Origin: Eledone cirrhosa
Lineage: Eukaryota
Direction of reading: 5' to 3'
Length of the DNA: 64,000 nt
Assembly (NCBI GenBank): GCA_964016885.1
Contig: OZ024742.1
Coordinates: forward strand, 249,426,001-249,490,000
Both the position numbers and the translations under genes were made by a program. The notes under the pieces were generated by a model. That model searched no databases, was not told the DNA's origin, and was given only the letters and a program-made list of their open reading frames with translations. The first letter of the stretch is position 1. Each line of letters opens with the position of its first letter. Shown here one piece after another: positions 59,293 to 64,000 of this stretch.

Positions 59293-59577
59293 TAATACAA
59301 AATTTACTTAATTATTCATTTGAACTTCTGTAATGTGTGTGTATGTGTTTATGTATATACCTTTGTGTATGTGTGAGCATGAATATGTATGAGATGATAT
59401 GCATGTGTAAACATCTGATTTCCTGCTACATATGTTGCTAACAAACATATATACATGTTTGCTTATTCTTAGCATATGTAATGTTTTTTTTTTATTTCTT
59501 TATTAAATATTTATTCACATTGAATTGCACTGATATCCACATACAAGCATACTCATATACATACACTCACACACTCA

Positions 59578-59641
<64 letters not shown>

Positions 59642-59657
59642 TATATACGAATATATG

Positions 59658-59715
<58 letters not shown>

Positions 59716-59718
59716 AAC

Positions 59719-59787
<69 letters not shown>

Positions 59788-59848
59788 TATATATATACGT
59801 ATATATGTATATGTATATATATATATGTGTATATATATATATATATGT

Positions 59849-59885
<37 letters not shown>

Positions 59886-59935
59886 TGAATATATATATAT
59901 ATATATGTATATATGTATATATATATATATATTTG

Positions 59936-59985
<50 letters not shown>

Positions 59986-60330
59986 TATATATATACAAAT
60001 ATAAATACATTTAAATATATCTATATGTCTATACATCTATATATATATGTGTGTGTGTGTATGTATATATATGTATGTGTGTGTGTGTTTGTGAGTCTGT
60101 GTGTTAACCTGTGAATGTGTGAATGTGTAAATGTTTTTAGGTGTAGTAGTCTAGTAAACCTATAGTTTTTGTTTATATAATATTGCTGTTTAATGAAATT
60201 AGTCAGGTATTTTGTTTGAAGTATGGCTGGGAAGTATTTACGTAAATGAAGTGTGCAGTATATATATTACAGTGTTAGTTTTGTAAAAATACGTTAATGT
60301 TTCAAAGCTGTCTCGGAAAATAATTGGCTA

Positions 60331-60400
<70 letters not shown>

Positions 60401-60987
60401 GTAGATTACATAAACCCAACAGTAGCATATGTATTTATGGTTGACCTTTTGTCTGTTATTGGTATAACTGTACGATATTTGTTTACCTCAGTAAAGTGTC
60501 TCACGGCAGCCATATTGTTACAATTATAAAATCGCTGTCATCAAAAAACACCTTGTTTTTATCTGACAACAATGTCGTGTTTTTGTTGTTGCTTTTCATA
60601 TTCTAAAACTATTTTTACCGATCATATAGTGTCAGTCATGTGGTGTACTTCAGGAAATTATATGTCTGTGCGTTCTGCCTCAAAGAAAAAAAGGCTTCTA
60701 GTTCCAAATCTGTCGGTACATCTACCTTACGTATACTCTAAATCTTTACATATATATATTTGTCTGTAGGAGTATATTCATTGAAACTTTTACTTTAAAT
60801 CCGCTACTAGGCAGAATAAAATATAATCCAAATTTATCATTTTTATAGCTTTTCTTATCTTCCATACACTTTTGGCAACGGATTCGAGTTCAGCTGATAC
60901 GCCCATAAAACATATGTACTTACATGCATACATACATCCTTCCATATATGCATGTGTATATATGTAGATAGATACATACGTACACGC

Positions 60988-61045
<58 letters not shown>

Positions 61046-61095
61046 GTGTGTGTATATATATTTATATAAATGCATATATATGAATATATATATAC

Positions 61096-61184
<89 letters not shown>

Positions 61185-61187
61185 TAC

Positions 61188-61229
<42 letters not shown>

Positions 61230-61301
61230 GTAGAACACTGGAAGATAATATCCGTAGCGGTAGTGCACTCAGTCCATGGGACGAGTTAGGTGGATATTGT
61301 T

Positions 61302-61458
61302 ACACAACAGTTAGTTCACCATACCGAGAACAATTGTTTCACCTAAACGAATCTTCAGCTCGTAATGGACATGGTTCCGTATAACCATGTCCATTACGAG
61401 CTGAAGATCCGTTTAGGTGAAACAATTGTTCTCGGTATGGTGAACTAACTGTTGTGTT
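61302..61458. repeat. Near-perfect hairpin (75-bp arms, 6-nt loop) with an HHR in each arm
   Basis: 61302-61376 versus 61383-61458; same family as 38083. Confidence 0.85.
61391..61440 (+). ncRNA. Minimal hammerhead ribozyme
   Basis: ccattacgag CTGAAGA tcc gttta ggt GAAAC aatt GTT ctcggtatgg. Confidence 0.8.
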
Positions 61459-62033
61459 ACCACTTATATATATATATATATCCCGATTGAATCCGACACA
61501 CACACACACACACACACGCACATACACCCACACACACACACACACGCGCGCACATACCCCCCCCCACACACACACATAATATATATTTCATTTTTCCAAA
61601 ATGTTAAAGATTGAAACATTCTCCTCTGTATGTAGTGAGACAAACCTTACTCTTACATAACATGGAGTTATGTATGACGTTTATGAATTAAACTATATCT
61701 GGCAGTGAGTTTTGTATGGTTACTAGTGAGATTAACCATACATAAGGTGTATTTTTTTACGGTTTACAGTGAGATAGTCAATCTATGGGATTAAAGACAA
61801 TCAAATAAGGAATTGAGGAATTATTATAGCTAAATACCCGGGCCGGATGTTGAAAGATAGTAAATATAGATGGATATAATATATTAAATTTCCGTTTGTT
61901 TATTTAGGCCGCACTAATCTGTCATTCGGTGAAATCACGCGGAAAGGAATGTAGGAAGAGTACTATTTAGTAGAAAGTGTTACTTACTCGCTCACATGTG
62001 TGTGTATATATATATATATATATGTGTATGTGC

Positions 62034-62065
<32 letters not shown>

Positions 62066-62195
62066 CTGTGTGTGTGTAATTAGAATTTTATTTCTCACCC
62101 TCGCACAGCTGATACATAAATGTATGTACACGTAAACACACACATATATATATAATATCCCCCCAACACATATATATATATAATACCCCCCCCCC

Positions 62196-62250
<55 letters not shown>

Positions 62251-62302
62251 CAGGAGCCCTACAACCCCAATATCTACTACACCCCCAAAATTCACAAACT
62301 GG

Positions 62303-62342
62303 ACACCCCATGTTTCTGGGTCATTACCCTTCATCAGGACTG
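62303..62342 (-). ncRNA. Hammerhead core, cleavage triplet not intact
   Basis: Reverse complement: CTGATGA agggt aatg accc a GAAAC atg ggg. Confidence 0.5.
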
Positions 62343-62466
62343 CATACCTCTGCCAGTCTGTTAAACGAATCGAACGTTATTATTAATATTCGATATAACC
62401 CATGCGTAGCTATGTATATGTATAAGTGTCTATATGTATGTATGTATATATGTGTATGTATGTATA

Positions 62467-62522
<56 letters not shown>

Positions 62523-62526
<4 letters not shown>

Positions 62527-63540
62527 ACATCTCCGTCGCCTTCGACCCCTCCCACCACTCACTCGTCACCTCCGCCTTCTTCAAACCCACCGACTCCCAC
62601 TCGTACCTCGACTTCACCTCTTCCCACCCCACACACACTAAACACTCTATTCCCTACTCCCAACTCCTCAGGATCCGCCGCCTCTGTAGCCGAGATGCTG
62701 ACTTCGAGTCCCAGGCCCTTTCCCTAGTCAGCCATTTCATCCGCAGAGGTTACCCCCCTCTCTCGTCCACACCGCTCTCACCCGCGCCCGTGCTGTCCAC
62801 CGCTCCACCACCCTCACCCCACCCCACGCCACCGCACACCCACCCACCGTCTCCCCTTCCCCATCACCTACCACCCCTCCACCTTACCCCTCCACCGCAC
62901 CATCTTCCGCCTCTTCCGACGCCTCCAGTTCGACCCCTCCACCTGCCACATGTTCCCAACCCCACCTTACCCCTCCACCGCACCATCCGCCGCCTCTTCC
63001 GACGCCTCCAGTTCGACCCCTCCACCTCCCACATCTTCCCAACCCCACCACTCCCCTCCTTCAAAAGCGCACGCAATCTCCGCACCCTCCTCGTCCACAG
63101 CTTTCTACCCCCAACCCACGCTCCCCCCCCCGGTTCCTTTCCCTGTTCTAGGCCCCGCTGCAACACCTGTCCCCACATCACCAACACCACCACCTTCCAG
63201 GGTCCCAACGGCCACTCTCTCTCTGTCCGGCATGCCTTCCGCTGCACCTCCTCCAACTTAGTCTACGGACTTCGCTGCACGGAGTGCAGCGCGACTTACG
63301 TCGGACAGACGGGACGTCGCCTGGCGGACCGATTCACTGAGCACCTCCGGGATATTCGTCTCGGTGGTAGTCCCCTATCGCCCGTCACTTTGGTGCCCCT
63401 GGACATTCCGCACGCCATCTCAAAGTATGTGGCATACTCCAATGCCACGGAACACCCGCCAATCTCCTCAGAGTCGAACAAAGAACCATCTTCATCTTAC
63501 AGACCCACACTCCCCTCGGCCTGAACTCCCCACCCTTATT
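62523..63540 (+). pseudogene. Penelope-like element (Neptune-like) RT thumb, Cys linker and GIY-YIG; 5'-truncated and frameshifted
   Basis: KPTDSHSYLDFTSSHP..IPYSQLLRIRRLCS..F..RGYP; CSRPRCNTC; CTSSNLVYGLRCTEC..YVGQTGRRLADRFTEHLRDI; shifted frame ends EQRTIFILQTHTPLGLN. Confidence 0.9.
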
Positions 63541-64000
63541 CCTTTAGCCTTCGACCGCCCCCTCCCTCCACACATATCCCTCATTAACACTACTAACACA
63601 CCCCTCCTTTTCACCGCCCACCCCACAACTAACAATACTAACACCTCCACTCCACCCCTCATCCGACCATCCTTCCCCAACTAACATACTAACATCCCTC
63701 CCTTCTTCTTCCCCCCTCCTTATCACATGCACACACCCACCGGCACATATATAAACGCGCTCACACTAAACACACACCCTACTACCACCACTAACCCTCA
63801 CCCCCACACCTCCATCCCACCATCCCGCAACTAACATCACTAACACCCCCTGACCCCAAGCACACGAACATACGCACCCACTTACACCACCCACCCACAC
63901 GCAACTAACATCACTAACACCCACAACCCCACGAACACGTACCCACACACCCTCGTACACCACCAACTCTACACACCCTACCACCACTAACCCCCACTCA
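63540..64000 (+). repeat. C/A-rich low-complexity 3' UTR of the PLE
   Basis: Reiterated caactaacatcactaacaccc and ctaccaccactaaccc. Confidence 0.6.

Overview
AT-rich, microsatellite-saturated eukaryotic DNA with (TA)n, (CA)n, (TC)n and trinucleotide tracts and no supportable host exon. Nearly all listed ORFs are translated simple repeats. The SINE repertoire resembles that of octopod cephalopods (inference from recalled repeat consensus). The window is a retrotransposon graveyard: about 13 tRNA-type SINE copies, RTE-clade LINE relics (one with a twin-priming-type 5' inversion, one bipartite non-autonomous element), a probable 10.6-kb hAT relic with 13-bp TIRs and an identical 8-bp TSD, and many Penelope-like element (PLE) fragments with GIY-YIG endonuclease or RT-thumb ORFs. 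The main signal is RNA structure. By eye I find more than 20 type-I hammerhead ribozyme (HHR) motifs (CUGANGA-stem II-GAAA-stem III-NUH-stem I) from roughly 10-12 unrelated repeat families. They sit in PLE terminal repeats that are usually arranged as fold-back inverted pairs or ~440-670-nt tandem units and that abut (TA)n tracts. Some families show stem I covariation, palindromic minimal stem III (dimeric type), long stem II insertions, or a recurrent non-canonical core (CAGAAGA/CCGAnGA). All folds were assigned manually, none was computed or tested, and coordinates are approximate to a few bases.
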